From assembly GCA_963666285.1 (NCBI GenBank), contig OY762711.1: a DNA stretch of 64,000 nucleotides; one strand, written 5' to 3'. This document shows positions 1 to 10,035 of this stretch, piece by piece (the stretch's first letter is position 1; each line of letters begins with the position of its first letter). This DNA comes from Sedimentisphaerales bacterium (GTDB taxonomy: Bacteria; Planctomycetota; Phycisphaerae; Sedimentisphaerales; SM23-30). The translations under genes and the position numbers were made by a program. The notes under the pieces were generated by a model. That model searched no databases. It saw only the letters and a program-made list of their open reading frames with translations, and had not been told where the DNA came from.

Positions 1-966
1 CATTTCGACAAGAATCGCGTTCAGAGTCTGCTCTCTTTCGTCATTACCGCCACCGGCAATACCTGCTCCACGTTTACGGCCAACAGCATCTATTTCATCG
101 AGAAATATTATACAAGGAGAATTTTCCTTGGCCTGTTTGAATAAATCACGAACGCGTGAAGCACCGACACCAACAAACATTTCAACAAAATCACTTCCAG
201 AAATACTAAAGAAAGGTACATCAGCTTCACCCGCAATAGCTTTGGCCATAAGAGTCTTACCACAGCCCGGCTCACCAATCAGCAGAATACCCCTTGGAAT
301 ACGTCCGCCCAATCTCTGGAACTTACGCGGATTTCTCAGAAACTGAATAATTTCCTGAACTTCGTCCTTGGCTTCATCAATTCCGGCAACATCCTTGAAA
401 GTAACTTTTGATTGTTCCCGACTGTGCACGGTATGTCGACTGCGTCCAAAGTTGCCAAGTAACCCGCCGCCGCCTCGCATCTGCCGGAAGACAAAGAAAT
501 ACATAAAACCAAGCAGCAGGAGCCATGGCAGCATAAAGCCCAGCATTTCCTTAAACATGCTAGGTTCCTTTGGAGTGACAGGTATTCCCTTTTCCACGGC
601 TTTAGATATGACAAACTCTACCAGTTCATGCGGCACGTTTACTACAAAATGCTTCTCTTCAGGATTATGTCCGGAAACATCATCTTTAAGGACACCATAA
701 ACTTTGTATTCCTGGTACTCCAGAGACGCAATAGGAGTATTTACATTATTGATCCTATTAATTAATTCAGTGAGAGTGATCTCAACTCCTTTAGAACCCA
801 TATCACTAAAAAGTGAGGTAATCAACATAACTAGTATGATAAATACAAACATCAGGTTCATCCCGCCACCTGGTGTCTTCATACCAAATATGTTATTCGG
901 CTTCTTACCATCTTTTTTCGGGTCGTTATTATTTTCCTGGTTATTATTTTCTTTTTCAGGGGCCAT
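1..966 (-). CDS. ftsH: ATP-dependent zinc metalloprotease FtsH, N-terminal part (runs off the window start)
   Basis: Not in the ORF track. Manual translation from ATG at 966 gives MAPEKENN..., two hydrophobic segments, then [13 protein letters not shown], Walker [30 protein letters not shown], Walker [12 protein letters not shown] and [14 protein letters not shown]. Confidence 0.97.
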   Translation of the reverse strand, partial: MAPEKENNNQENNNDPKKDGKKPNNIFGMKTPGGGMNLMFVFIILVMLITSLFSDMGSKGVEITLTELINRINNVNTPIASLEYQEYKVYGVLKDDVSGHNPEEKHFVVNVPHELVEFVISKAVEKGIPVTPKEPSMFKEMLGFMLPWLLLLGFMYFFVFRQMRGGGGLLGNFGRSRHTVHSREQSKVTFKDVAGIDEAKDEVQEIIQFLRNPRKFQRLGGRIPRGILLIGEPGCGKTLMAKAIAGEADVPFFSISGSDFVEMFVGVGASRVRDLFKQAKENSPCIIFLDEIDAVGRKRGAGIAGGGNDEREQTLNAILVEM

Positions 967-1077
967 TAGCCATAAGCCTTTCTACTTTTATATATATCAG
1001 TATAGTTTTCTATATCGTTTTTGCACTAATCAAAATTCAGTCTATGTCATAGCAATACATAAAAAGAATAAGGAACT

Positions 1078-1593
1078 TTACCAGCCCTGCTCCATACTTT
1101 CCACAATCTCAACAGCTATTTTATTTACTGCTTCCTGAGAAGCTACCTGCAAACTATCATTTTGCAGGGAAGAATAATGTCCGCTGAAACGAAATCTCTG
1201 GCGATCAATAAGCAGCTTACCGGTTCGAAGATCTTTCCAGGTTACTTCAGCAGTTACAATCAGCTGTTCCTGCATAGGTCGGTCCAAACGACGCTGGTGA
1301 GACAGAACTCGTTCTGAAACGTCGAGAATCTTTCCATATATTACAGAATCAGCATCTTTTTTATTTGCCCGTATTTTATACGGGGTGTTTGCCGCAATAC
1401 GCTGAACCAGAGCATTTGTAAGCTCAAATTCAATTCCTTTACGAAAGCTCAAAGAGTCAAACATTTCAACGCAGACAGTATCGATTTTGTCATCAAACAG
1501 GCTGGCAGTAGAATAACCTTTTTCAGGGTCAACAGAATCACATCCTGCCAAAGAAACAAAGATCAATAAACAAATTATTTTAATTATTTTCAT
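1078..1593 (-). CDS. LptE-like LPS-assembly lipoprotein
   Basis: 171 aa with lipobox LAGC. ELTNALVQRI...ADSVIYGKI...VTWKDLRTGKLL resembles the LptE fold. Adjacent to a BamD-like gene. Confidence 0.7.
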   Translation of the reverse strand: MKIIKIICLLIFVSLAGCDSVDPEKGYSTASLFDDKIDTVCVEMFDSLSFRKGIEFELTNALVQRIAANTPYKIRANKKDADSVIYGKILDVSERVLSHQRRLDRPMQEQLIVTAEVTWKDLRTGKLLIDRQRFRFSGHYSSLQNDSLQVASQEAVNKIAVEIVESMEQGW

Positions 1594-1608
1594 TATATCT
1601 GTATTCTA

Positions 1609-2550
1609 TTAAGAGTCTTGCTCACAGTTTTCTTCAGCATCCTGGATCAATCTTATTGCATTCTGCCCATATTCCGATTCAGGAGCCATTTCCAAAACAT
1701 TTTGCCAATATAAAACAGCCTGTTTAGTTTTACCGGTCCTATAGTAAAAATCGGCTATTTCATACTCCTTCTTAACCTTCTCAAGCCTAATCCAGGCTAA
1801 AGTATCCTCTACTGCATTATCTTTTGCTCTTTCGGGGAATCTAAGTAAAAACTGTTTATAATGCACAGCAGCTTCATCAAGGCATACGTCATCATAAAAA
1901 CAGCCCTGATATTGACTTTTCAGGGATTCAGCCAACATATACAAAGCCCTTGGGAAATGACAACTTTGACTATAGGATATAGTTATTCTCTGGTATTCCT
2001 GCTCAGATTCGAAATACTTGCCTCTCTCGTAAAAATGGTCGGCCCTAAGCATAATTGCCATGGCGGCAGCCTTTGATCCAGGCCAGCGAGAATCAATATC
2101 ATCTAAAATTTTTAATCCTTCCAACCTGGCTGAAGTCCGGAAAAATTTCCAGAAGGTACGCTTTTGACCGGCGAGGAATAACTTGCTAATTTCCATCTCA
2201 CGGTTGATAATATAAGCGAAATAACTGGTAGCACCAAACTGATTTAACAAATCTTCATATTTCAGATATGACTGATAGTAGTGTTTTTTGTCATAAAGTG
2301 CGTCTGCGTAAGTTTTTAGAGCAACTTCAAGATAGAGGGAATTAGGATTTTCCTTTATCCATCTCTTTGACAAACTGCATACCTTATTTATTTTTCCCTC
2401 ATTATACAGGTCAACAATTTTGGTCAGTTCTTCCGGCATCTGATCCTGATTAGTATTCATGGAGGGCTTACCACAACCTCCTGACATCAGCACCATCATA
2501 AGTACTGACAGTATACAAAAATGTTTCAAAATGCCGGATATATTATTCAT
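1609..2550 (-). CDS. BamD/YfiO-like TPR lipoprotein (outer membrane protein assembly)
   Basis: 313 aa, lipobox SGGC, TPR-like helices, and C-terminal KEYEIADFYYRTGK...A..YW typical of BamD. Confidence 0.7.
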   Translation of the reverse strand: MNNISGILKHFCILSVLMMVLMSGGCGKPSMNTNQDQMPEELTKIVDLYNEGKINKVCSLSKRWIKENPNSLYLEVALKTYADALYDKKHYYQSYLKYEDLLNQFGATSYFAYIINREMEISKLFLAGQKRTFWKFFRTSARLEGLKILDDIDSRWPGSKAAAMAIMLRADHFYERGKYFESEQEYQRITISYSQSCHFPRALYMLAESLKSQYQGCFYDDVCLDEAAVHYKQFLLRFPERAKDNAVEDTLAWIRLEKVKKEYEIADFYYRTGKTKQAVLYWQNVLEMAPESEYGQNAIRLIQDAEENCEQDS

Positions 2551-3059
2551 ATGCTAACCTTTCATAAGTCACAGCGATGAAATTGTCACCAAAAAGCCAG
2601 ACAATACATAAGACTAAATTCACACAACAAAAATCACCAGAAACTCTGGATATATAAAACCATATGTATTAACAATTTCTGCCGAATTGTAGATTATAAT
2701 CGAGCTTCTCATATAATTCAACAATAAGCCAGCTCAAGGATTACGAAGAAATTCAAAACTCTGTTCCACCAAATTATTACTTTTTAAGCCAAAAAACAGT
2801 TATACGGACTATTTATCGTCAAAATTGCAGTATGGACAATAAAAATGGGAATATTTCTTATTTTTTCCCAACCATGACAAAAATTACGAGTATAATTAGT
2901 GCCAGCCAGGAGCTAAAACATGCTCACCAATGGAAAAACACATTTTGATTGATTATAATCTTCAAACAACACAAAATAATGTTCGTAGATAATATAAGAG
3001 CTGAAAACAAGCGTTTTCTCTCATTTTTTTAACCTCCCACCCAAGCAGGAGTTGCAACA

Positions 3060-4118
3060 ATGAATAAAGTTTTATCAATGATAATATCCATTGCACTATG
3101 TGCCGGCTATGCTACAGCCGGAGGTGAAGGCTGGATAAACGACTTTGAAGCTGCCAAAAAACAGGCGGCAAAAGAAAAAAAAGACATTCTAATCGACTTC
3201 ACCGGGTCAGACTGGTGCGGATGGTGCATAAAACTTCGCGATGAAGTTTTCAGCAAGGAACATTTTAAGAAAGAGGCACCAAAAAAGTTTATTCTCCTGG
3301 AAATTGATTTCCCCAAAGATAAATCCAAGCTTACCGAAGAAATTATCAAGCAAAATGACTTGATGGCAAAAGAATTCAAAATCAGAGGATATCCTACAAT
3401 TGTACTGACAAATGCCAAGGGCGAACCTTATGCTTCGACAGGATACCGGGAAGGCGGCCCGGAAAAATACATTGAACACCTGAATGAATTTCACAATCAA
3501 AACGCCGAATTCCAGGAAATAATAGCCAAGTCAGAAAAAGCCGAAACAAATGCAGAAAAAGCTAAGCTAATTGACCAGGCTGTAAGCCTGTTGGATGAAG
3601 AAACTTTATCAAAATATTACGGCAAATATCAGGATATGATCATCGAACTTGATGCTGACAACTCACTAAAACTAAGAAATAAATACCTGTTTAAAAAAGA
3701 GCTGCCAGAGCTGTTTGAACTCCAGGATGATCCGGAAAAATTCATAACGAGAGCGGATGAACTGATAAAAGAACTTCAGCTGGAAGGTGAAGACCTGGAA
3801 TTCATCAACGATGCAAAAATAGAGATACAAATTCAGGCTAAAATTAAAACTCTGGCCGGTCTGCAGGAAGAGCCTGAAAAGCTGCTCAAAGGAGTTGATG
3901 ATATCATTGCAGATCTAAAACTGGAAGGTAAGTACAAACAGCAAATGATTACACAAAAGGCAATGATTAACCTGCACCTGCAAAAGGATATGGATGCAGC
4001 TATTGCCAATATTGAAAATGCCATTGAAGTTTCACCTGACTCTGAAGATGCAAAAATGCTGGAAGAGTTCAAGAATAAGATCATAGAAGAAAAGAATAAC
4101 GCAAGCAGCGAAGGTTAA
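3060..4118 (+). CDS. Exported thioredoxin-fold protein with helical C-terminus
   Basis: Signal peptide, DFTGSDWCGWC (CxxC) and cis-Pro loop GYPT. The C-terminal half is helical/TPR-like. Confidence 0.85.
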   Translation: MNKVLSMIISIALCAGYATAGGEGWINDFEAAKKQAAKEKKDILIDFTGSDWCGWCIKLRDEVFSKEHFKKEAPKKFILLEIDFPKDKSKLTEEIIKQNDLMAKEFKIRGYPTIVLTNAKGEPYASTGYREGGPEKYIEHLNEFHNQNAEFQEIIAKSEKAETNAEKAKLIDQAVSLLDEETLSKYYGKYQDMIIELDADNSLKLRNKYLFKKELPELFELQDDPEKFITRADELIKELQLEGEDLEFINDAKIEIQIQAKIKTLAGLQEEPEKLLKGVDDIIADLKLEGKYKQQMITQKAMINLHLQKDMDAAIANIENAIEVSPDSEDAKMLEEFKNKIIEEKNNASSEG

Positions 4119-4173
4119 TTGCACCAGGCAAAAGGCAGGAGTCTAAATCTTTTCTGCTTTTAATCACATCAAC

Positions 4174-4209
4174 AAAAAGGCAGGTAATCATCTTACCCGC
4201 CTTTTTTTT
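4174..4209. terminator. Bidirectional intrinsic terminator
   Basis: AAAAAGGCAGGTAA...TTACCCGCCTTTTTTTT hairpin between convergent genes. Confidence 0.75.
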
Positions 4210-4231
4210 CTTATTTTCAATGAATAATCAT

Positions 4232-6988
4232 CTATAACTCCAAGGCAATTTTAAGAACCTGATCAGCATTGCGAACAAATTCAAACTTCAGGGCCTTGGA
4301 AACTTCTTTTGGCACTTCTGCCAGGTCTTTTTTATTACGTTCCGGTAAAATCACTGTCTTTATCCCAGCTTCGCGGGCTGCCAGCAGTTTTTCTTTCAAA
4401 CCGCCAATCGGCATAGCAAGCCCTCTAAGGGTAATTTCGCCGGTCATAGCAACGTCACTTTGGACAGGAATACCGGTAAGCAGTGAAGCCATTGAAGTAA
4501 ACATAGCCAAACCTGCAGATGGACCATCTTTCGGGACAGCACCAGCCGGGACATGAATATGAATATCACGCTGATCCATTGTCTCAATATCACTCAGTAT
4601 AGCTTTTAACTCGGCAAAAGGTGTTGTCCGCCTAACCCTGGTTTCCAAAGCCATACTCTTAAGCACACTTAACGCTGCTCTGGCAGACTCTTTCATAACA
4701 TCGCCGAGCTGTCCGGTCAGAATCAACTGCCCTTTACCTGGCAGCAGGGTAGATTCAATAAATAATATCTCACCTCCAACCGGAGTATACGCCAATCCGG
4801 TAGCAACACCGGGAGTACTGGTACGAAGTGCAAGCTCAGACTCGTACCTGGTTGGCCCAAGAATATCACTCAACTGCTTGACACTAATAGTAGCGCTCTT
4901 ACGCTTACCTTCGGCAATCTCAGCAGCAGTTGACCTGCAAACCGTAGCAATCTCTCTTTCAAGATTTCTAACACCCGCTTCCCGAGTATACTTATCAATT
5001 ATCAAATGTAAGGCATCTTCCTTCAAAGTAAATGTCTTATCAGTAAGCCCGTTTTCTTTCATCTGGCGGGGAACAAGATATTTTTTACCTATATTAAGTT
5101 TTTCAGACGCGGTATAACCAGGTATCTCGATAACTTCAAGTCGATCTTTAAGGGCATGCGGAACAGCTTCCATATAATTTGCAGTACCAATAAACATGAC
5201 TTTGGAAAGGTCAAAAGGCTGGTCAATAAAGTGGTCGGTAAAAGTATTATTCTGCTGTGGATCCAGCACTTCCAGTAATGCTGATGCCGGATCACCTCTA
5301 AAATCGGCACCAATCTTATCGAGCTCGTCCAACATGAATACTGGATTATTACTGCCGCATTTTCTTATTTCCTGGATTACTCTGCCGGGAAGCGAGCCAA
5401 TATAAGTACGGCGATGACCGCGAATATCTGCCTCATCACGAATACCTCCAAGAGACATGCGGATAAATTTTCGGCCCATACTGCGTGCGATACTTCGTCC
5501 CAGAGAGGTCTTGCCAACACCGGGAGGTCCGGCAAAACACAGTATCGGGCTGCGACCTTCAGGATTCAGTTTACGAACGGCAAGAAACTCCAAAATGCGT
5601 TTCTTAACATTCTTTAATCCAAAATGGTCGGCGTTTAATATTCTGCGAGCACGCGCAATATTCAGATTATCTTCGGTTGACTCATCCCAGGGCAGTTCAC
5701 ATAACCATTCGAGATAATTGCTCAAAACGCTAAATTCAGGACTCATTACCGGTATCTGACTAAGACGCTGTAACTCGCGCATAGCTTCGAATTCAATATC
5801 TTCCGGCATAGATGCTTCACGAATCTGCTCTTCCAGCTCGATTACTTCGGCAGACCTACCTTCGTCCTGCCCAAGCTCTTTTTGTATTGCTTTAAGCTGC
5901 TCCTGAAGGAAATATTCTCTCTGATTCTTGTCAATTGCCTGATGAACCTTACTCTGAATCTTTTCGCTCAACTCCAACATTTCCAGCTGGTTTGCCATTG
6001 AAACAGAAAGCTTGTTCAAACGCTCCTTGATGTCTATTGCTTCAAGAACCCCCTGCTTTTCTTCCTGGGAGAAATGAATATTTCCAGCCAGAAAATCCGC
6101 CAGAGGTCCGGGATCATCAATATTCTGCATGATAACATGCACTTCTTCAGGAATATTAGGTGATAATTGAAGAATACGTTCAGCCATATTCTTGATATTA
6201 TTAAGCTGAGCTTCAACTTCAATTGAGACATTGCCTTTCTCAGGCGGCAGCGGTTCTATTTCAGCCTGAAGATAGGGTTCAGATGTAATCCATTTTTTAA
6301 CTTTGAATCTCATCAAACCATGAACAACAACTGTTTTATTACCATCAGGCATATTAATAGTCTTTAATACAGCAACAATAGTACCGGTCGCATAAACATC
6401 ATTAAAGCCCGGATCATCTGTATCCTGATCTACCTGGGTGATAACTCCAAATACTTTCTCGCTGCCTTCCTGTTCTGTCAAATCCTTGAGCAAAGCCTGG
6501 CTCTGAGGCCTACCTACGCCCAAAGGAACAACAATTCCGGGGAAAAGTACAATATTTCTTAACGCCATAATCCCAATTGTACTTGGAATAATATACCTGT
6601 GTATCTCATCAGGCTGCTCATCATTAGCACCGTTGCCATTACCATTAATCTTTCGATGCTCGACAACAGCTTCAACTTTTTTATCTTTTGCCTGATGAGT
6701 GCTCTTGCTACTGACAACCTTTACACTGTTCTGAGTCTCAATCATATTAGAACTCAGGTCAATGTCTTCAATTTCTGAATCAGATGTATCAACCTGTGAG
6801 GTCATGTCAAAAATATTGAAATTATTTTTTTTGTCTGATTCAGATTCGGACTTACCATTTTTGGTATCATTCTGACTGTCTTCTACTGCCTGATTGGCAG
6901 TTTCATCTGCCGCCAAAGACTCATTATCTGACTTTTCAGCAGGCTTAACGGTACTTTTTTTAGTTTTTTTTGTCTTCTTTTCAGTCAT
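4232..6988 (-). CDS. lon: Lon protease (endopeptidase La)
   Basis: LON N-domain, Walker A GPPGVGKT, HRRTYIGSLPG, MLDELDK, catalytic PKDGPSAG and GGLKEK. Confidence 0.98.
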   Translation of the reverse strand: MTEKKTKKTKKSTVKPAEKSDNESLAADETANQAVEDSQNDTKNGKSESESDKKNNFNIFDMTSQVDTSDSEIEDIDLSSNMIETQNSVKVVSSKSTHQAKDKKVEAVVEHRKINGNGNGANDEQPDEIHRYIIPSTIGIMALRNIVLFPGIVVPLGVGRPQSQALLKDLTEQEGSEKVFGVITQVDQDTDDPGFNDVYATGTIVAVLKTINMPDGNKTVVVHGLMRFKVKKWITSEPYLQAEIEPLPPEKGNVSIEVEAQLNNIKNMAERILQLSPNIPEEVHVIMQNIDDPGPLADFLAGNIHFSQEEKQGVLEAIDIKERLNKLSVSMANQLEMLELSEKIQSKVHQAIDKNQREYFLQEQLKAIQKELGQDEGRSAEVIELEEQIREASMPEDIEFEAMRELQRLSQIPVMSPEFSVLSNYLEWLCELPWDESTEDNLNIARARRILNADHFGLKNVKKRILEFLAVRKLNPEGRSPILCFAGPPGVGKTSLGRSIARSMGRKFIRMSLGGIRDEADIRGHRRTYIGSLPGRVIQEIRKCGSNNPVFMLDELDKIGADFRGDPASALLEVLDPQQNNTFTDHFIDQPFDLSKVMFIGTANYMEAVPHALKDRLEVIEIPGYTASEKLNIGKKYLVPRQMKENGLTDKTFTLKEDALHLIIDKYTREAGVRNLEREIATVCRSTAAEIAEGKRKSATISVKQLSDILGPTRYESELALRTSTPGVATGLAYTPVGGEILFIESTLLPGKGQLILTGQLGDVMKESARAALSVLKSMALETRVRRTTPFAELKAILSDIETMDQRDIHIHVPAGAVPKDGPSAGLAMFTSMASLLTGIPVQSDVAMTGEITLRGLAMPIGGLKEKLLAAREAGIKTVILPERNKKDLAEVPKEVSKALKFEFVRNADQVLKIALEL

Positions 6989-7257
6989 AATTATTATAAA
7001 ATCTTTATTTTCAGTAACTTATAAATTTAAAACACATATAATTACTTTTATGCAAAACACATACCATAATTATACATAATAAGAGATCATTAACACCACC
7101 TATAACAAATAATAATAATTATCGGTCTGCAACCAAACATAAGAACAAAAATATATTTCTATGATATAACTTGATTTAGACAATAGCGATCATATAATTA
7201 TTTAATTGAAAGTAAAGAATGGGGAAAGTTAAATAGCTGCCGGATATCCTTAAAATT

Positions 7258-8775
7258 ATGCTCAATAAACTACTTCACAATTTACTTACCGCATCAATAA
7301 TAATTACAGCAACATTCAATTCATCTTATGCAAAACCTTCCCTAATAAACCAGTCAGAACTGTCAGAGATTATTGCTGATGCCGCTCAGATCGGAATTGA
7401 GCAGCCACAGGAAATAATAGATATTAAGTCTCAACTCGATAACTTAGAAATAATTCAGCAGGAAAAGATCAAAGAACTCGGCATTGCCGGAATTACCCAT
7501 ACCGCCCGAAGTACTCTAATCCAAAAACTAAATTTAGAGTTAGCGGAAATTGAGAAAGAAATAAATAGAACTGAAGACAATCTCCTTAAGGCCTGCCTGC
7601 ATTATTCGATAATGATTTCACAAACTTGTCAGGAAATTGAATCGGAATATATAAATACTTCTAAAACCTATAGACCTGAATCAAATGAATTCCAAAAAAT
7701 TAAATCCAGGCTTTCAGCCGGTAAAAGACTAAAACAAAAATTTCAATCATATCAAATCCTATATCAGGCAAGACAAATATTAACTTCACCGCAAAAAAAC
7801 CTTTTTGACAGTATCACCGCGTACGCCAGATTGCTGTCTCTGGACCCAGGAAACAATGAAGCAATTGAATATTGCCAGGAAATGCTAAAATGGGACAGTT
7901 CGGATGACAATATTTTTTTACTGGATAATATTGACCAGTTAAGCAGCGATACAATTAACACTCTATATAACAACGGTATTGAAATTACTAAATACGGCAG
8001 CCAAGGTATTGAACTTTGCTGGATACCGTCAGGCAGCTATTCCAAAGAGGCAATCCAACAAACAGGTATAGTAAAGAAGAAAGCAAATTCAGAAATAATC
8101 ATCACTAAAGGTTTCTGGCTGAGCAAGTATGAAATAACCGTAGGCCAGTACCTGGAATTCTTAAACAGTGTAGAAACATTTGATAATAATGCCAATTACT
8201 TCAGGAATAGAGCTGAAACTGAGATAATCAATCTTAAGCTAGACAAATACAACTGTTACCAAACAACAAATGACATTTTCCTAGGTAATGCTAACAAACC
8301 TATGATTATGGTAAGCTATAACGATGCAATAGCATTCTGTAAATGGTTAAGCGACCTGGATGGGAAACAATATACTTTACCAACTGAAGCCGAATGGGAA
8401 CTGGCTGCTCGGACCACCTTTGAGACAAAATGGCATTTTGGCGACGATATTCAAATGCTTGATAACTATGCATGCTACGGCAAACTCAGCCAGCTTGCTA
8501 CCGAAGAAGTAGGAAAATTAAAACCTAATCTTTACGGCCTATACGACATATACGGCAATACCTGGGAATGGTGTCGAGACTGGTATGGTAACAACCCATT
8601 CTCGCCAGGAACAATCACTGACCCACAGGGATTAAAATTCAGCAATGAAAAAGTCATTCGTGGCGGAAGCTGGCAAAGCACACCTGATATGTGCAGTTCA
8701 TCCGGCAGAAGCTCGGCAAACCCGGAACTCAAAGATAAAGCGATTGGTTTTCGCATAATGCAAATCATGAAGTAA
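7258..8775 (+). CDS. Exported protein with N-terminal coiled coil and C-terminal FGE-sulfatase (SUMF1-like) domain
   Basis: YEITVGQY, LPTEAEWELAAR, PNLYGLYDIYGNTWEWC, RGGSW and IGFRI motifs. Confidence 0.85.
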   Translation: MLNKLLHNLLTASIIITATFNSSYAKPSLINQSELSEIIADAAQIGIEQPQEIIDIKSQLDNLEIIQQEKIKELGIAGITHTARSTLIQKLNLELAEIEKEINRTEDNLLKACLHYSIMISQTCQEIESEYINTSKTYRPESNEFQKIKSRLSAGKRLKQKFQSYQILYQARQILTSPQKNLFDSITAYARLLSLDPGNNEAIEYCQEMLKWDSSDDNIFLLDNIDQLSSDTINTLYNNGIEITKYGSQGIELCWIPSGSYSKEAIQQTGIVKKKANSEIIITKGFWLSKYEITVGQYLEFLNSVETFDNNANYFRNRAETEIINLKLDKYNCYQTTNDIFLGNANKPMIMVSYNDAIAFCKWLSDLDGKQYTLPTEAEWELAARTTFETKWHFGDDIQMLDNYACYGKLSQLATEEVGKLKPNLYGLYDIYGNTWEWCRDWYGNNPFSPGTITDPQGLKFSNEKVIRGGSWQSTPDMCSSSGRSSANPELKDKAIGFRIMQIMK

Positions 8776-8799
8776 TCAAATACAAATCGGGGAATTGGC

Positions 8800-9945
8800 A
8801 TGCACGCTCCTTCAATATATATACATATTCCATTTTGCAGCAAAAAATGCAGATATTGTAACTTTTATTCGGCACCACCATACAATGACCATCAAATTGA
8901 TTCATTATTGAATGCCGAACTCAAGGAACTCCCTGAAAAACTGGAAGGTTTTGATGGATGTGAAATTCCCAGTATATACATCGGAGGAGGAACTCCTTCC
9001 CTGCTGCAGGAAGAACTTCCCAATTTCATAAAAAACATCCAGTCAACTTTCGACGAGCTTAACCTGAAATACGCTCATAGCGAATTTACTGTCGAAATCA
9101 ATCCCGGTGATGTAGACAGGGATTTTTTTGGCCGAATACGCTCACTTGGTGTCAACAGGTTAAGTATCGGAGCTCAATCATTTGACGACAAAGAATTGAA
9201 AATGCTTGGCCGCAGACATGACTCTGCTGACGTTTATACAGCTGTAACCGCGGCAAGAACCTGTGACTTTGAAAACATATCAATCGATCTGATCTTTGCT
9301 TTGCCATTCCAGACAATTGAAAAATGGAGAGAAAACATCAATAAGGCAATCGAGCTGGTACCTAACCATATCTCTGCATACAGCTTAACTTGGGAAGATG
9401 GCACAGAAATGACTATTGCCAGAAACACAGGTAAACTAACTGAAGCAACAGACCAGCTTGACCGGGAAATGTATTACACAGCAGTTGACCTTTTAAAACA
9501 GGACGGCATGAGCCAATATGAAATTTCAAATTTTTCTTTACCCGGCTTTGAATGCATTCATAATTTGCGATATTGGGATGATAAAGATTATATTGGCATC
9601 GGCCCTTCAGCAGGAAGCCATATAGGTAACACAAGATGGACTAACATAGCAAATACAAAAGAATATATAGGTAGAGTTAATGACAGGGACGATACTTATG
9701 AAGAAATTGATAGTTCAGATTTAATTACTCAAGCCAGGCAGGCTGCGGTTCTTGGACTAAGAAAATCTACCGGTATAGACATCCTGGAATTCAGAGAAAG
9801 ATTCAATATTAATATTGAAGAAATGTACATCACCAAAATTGAAAAACATATAACAAATAACCTCCTGGAGATATCAAAAGGACATATCAGACTCACCAGA
9901 AAAGGTCTTTCATATTGCGATTCGGTCGCAGAAGATTTTGTGTGA
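8800..9945 (+). CDS. hemW: Radical SAM heme chaperone HemW
   Basis: YIHIPFCSKKCRYCNF (CxxxCxxC), GGGTPS, YEISNF and the HNxxYW motif (HNLRYW). Confidence 0.9.
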   Translation: MHAPSIYIHIPFCSKKCRYCNFYSAPPYNDHQIDSLLNAELKELPEKLEGFDGCEIPSIYIGGGTPSLLQEELPNFIKNIQSTFDELNLKYAHSEFTVEINPGDVDRDFFGRIRSLGVNRLSIGAQSFDDKELKMLGRRHDSADVYTAVTAARTCDFENISIDLIFALPFQTIEKWRENINKAIELVPNHISAYSLTWEDGTEMTIARNTGKLTEATDQLDREMYYTAVDLLKQDGMSQYEISNFSLPGFECIHNLRYWDDKDYIGIGPSAGSHIGNTRWTNIANTKEYIGRVNDRDDTYEEIDSSDLITQARQAAVLGLRKSTGIDILEFRERFNINIEEMYITKIEKHITNNLLEISKGHIRLTRKGLSYCDSVAEDFV

Positions 9946-9974
9946 TTTTCTCTATAACTTTAATCAGCTATAAG

Positions 9975-10004
9975 AAAAAGGGCTCCTCTGTTATAAGGAG
10001 CCCT
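9975..10004 (-). terminator. Intrinsic terminator
   Basis: AGGGCTCCT-N8-AGGAGCCCT stem with an A-tract on + (T-tract on -), downstream of 10036..12180. Confidence 0.65.
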
Positions 10005-10035
10005 CGAAATCATAAGCAAGAATCAATGAGACCAT

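Noticed and set aside
128..1138. Short ORFs 128..346, 336..614, 368..700 and 704..1138
   Set aside because: Shadow ORFs overlapping ftsH. The same applies to the many short antisense ORFs inside lon, the M56 gene, the etf operon and the giant protein.
7258..8775. FGE-sulfatase (C-type lectin fold) gene as a diversity-generating retroelement target
   Set aside because: No reverse transcriptase and no template-repeat copy of its 3' end was seen in the window.
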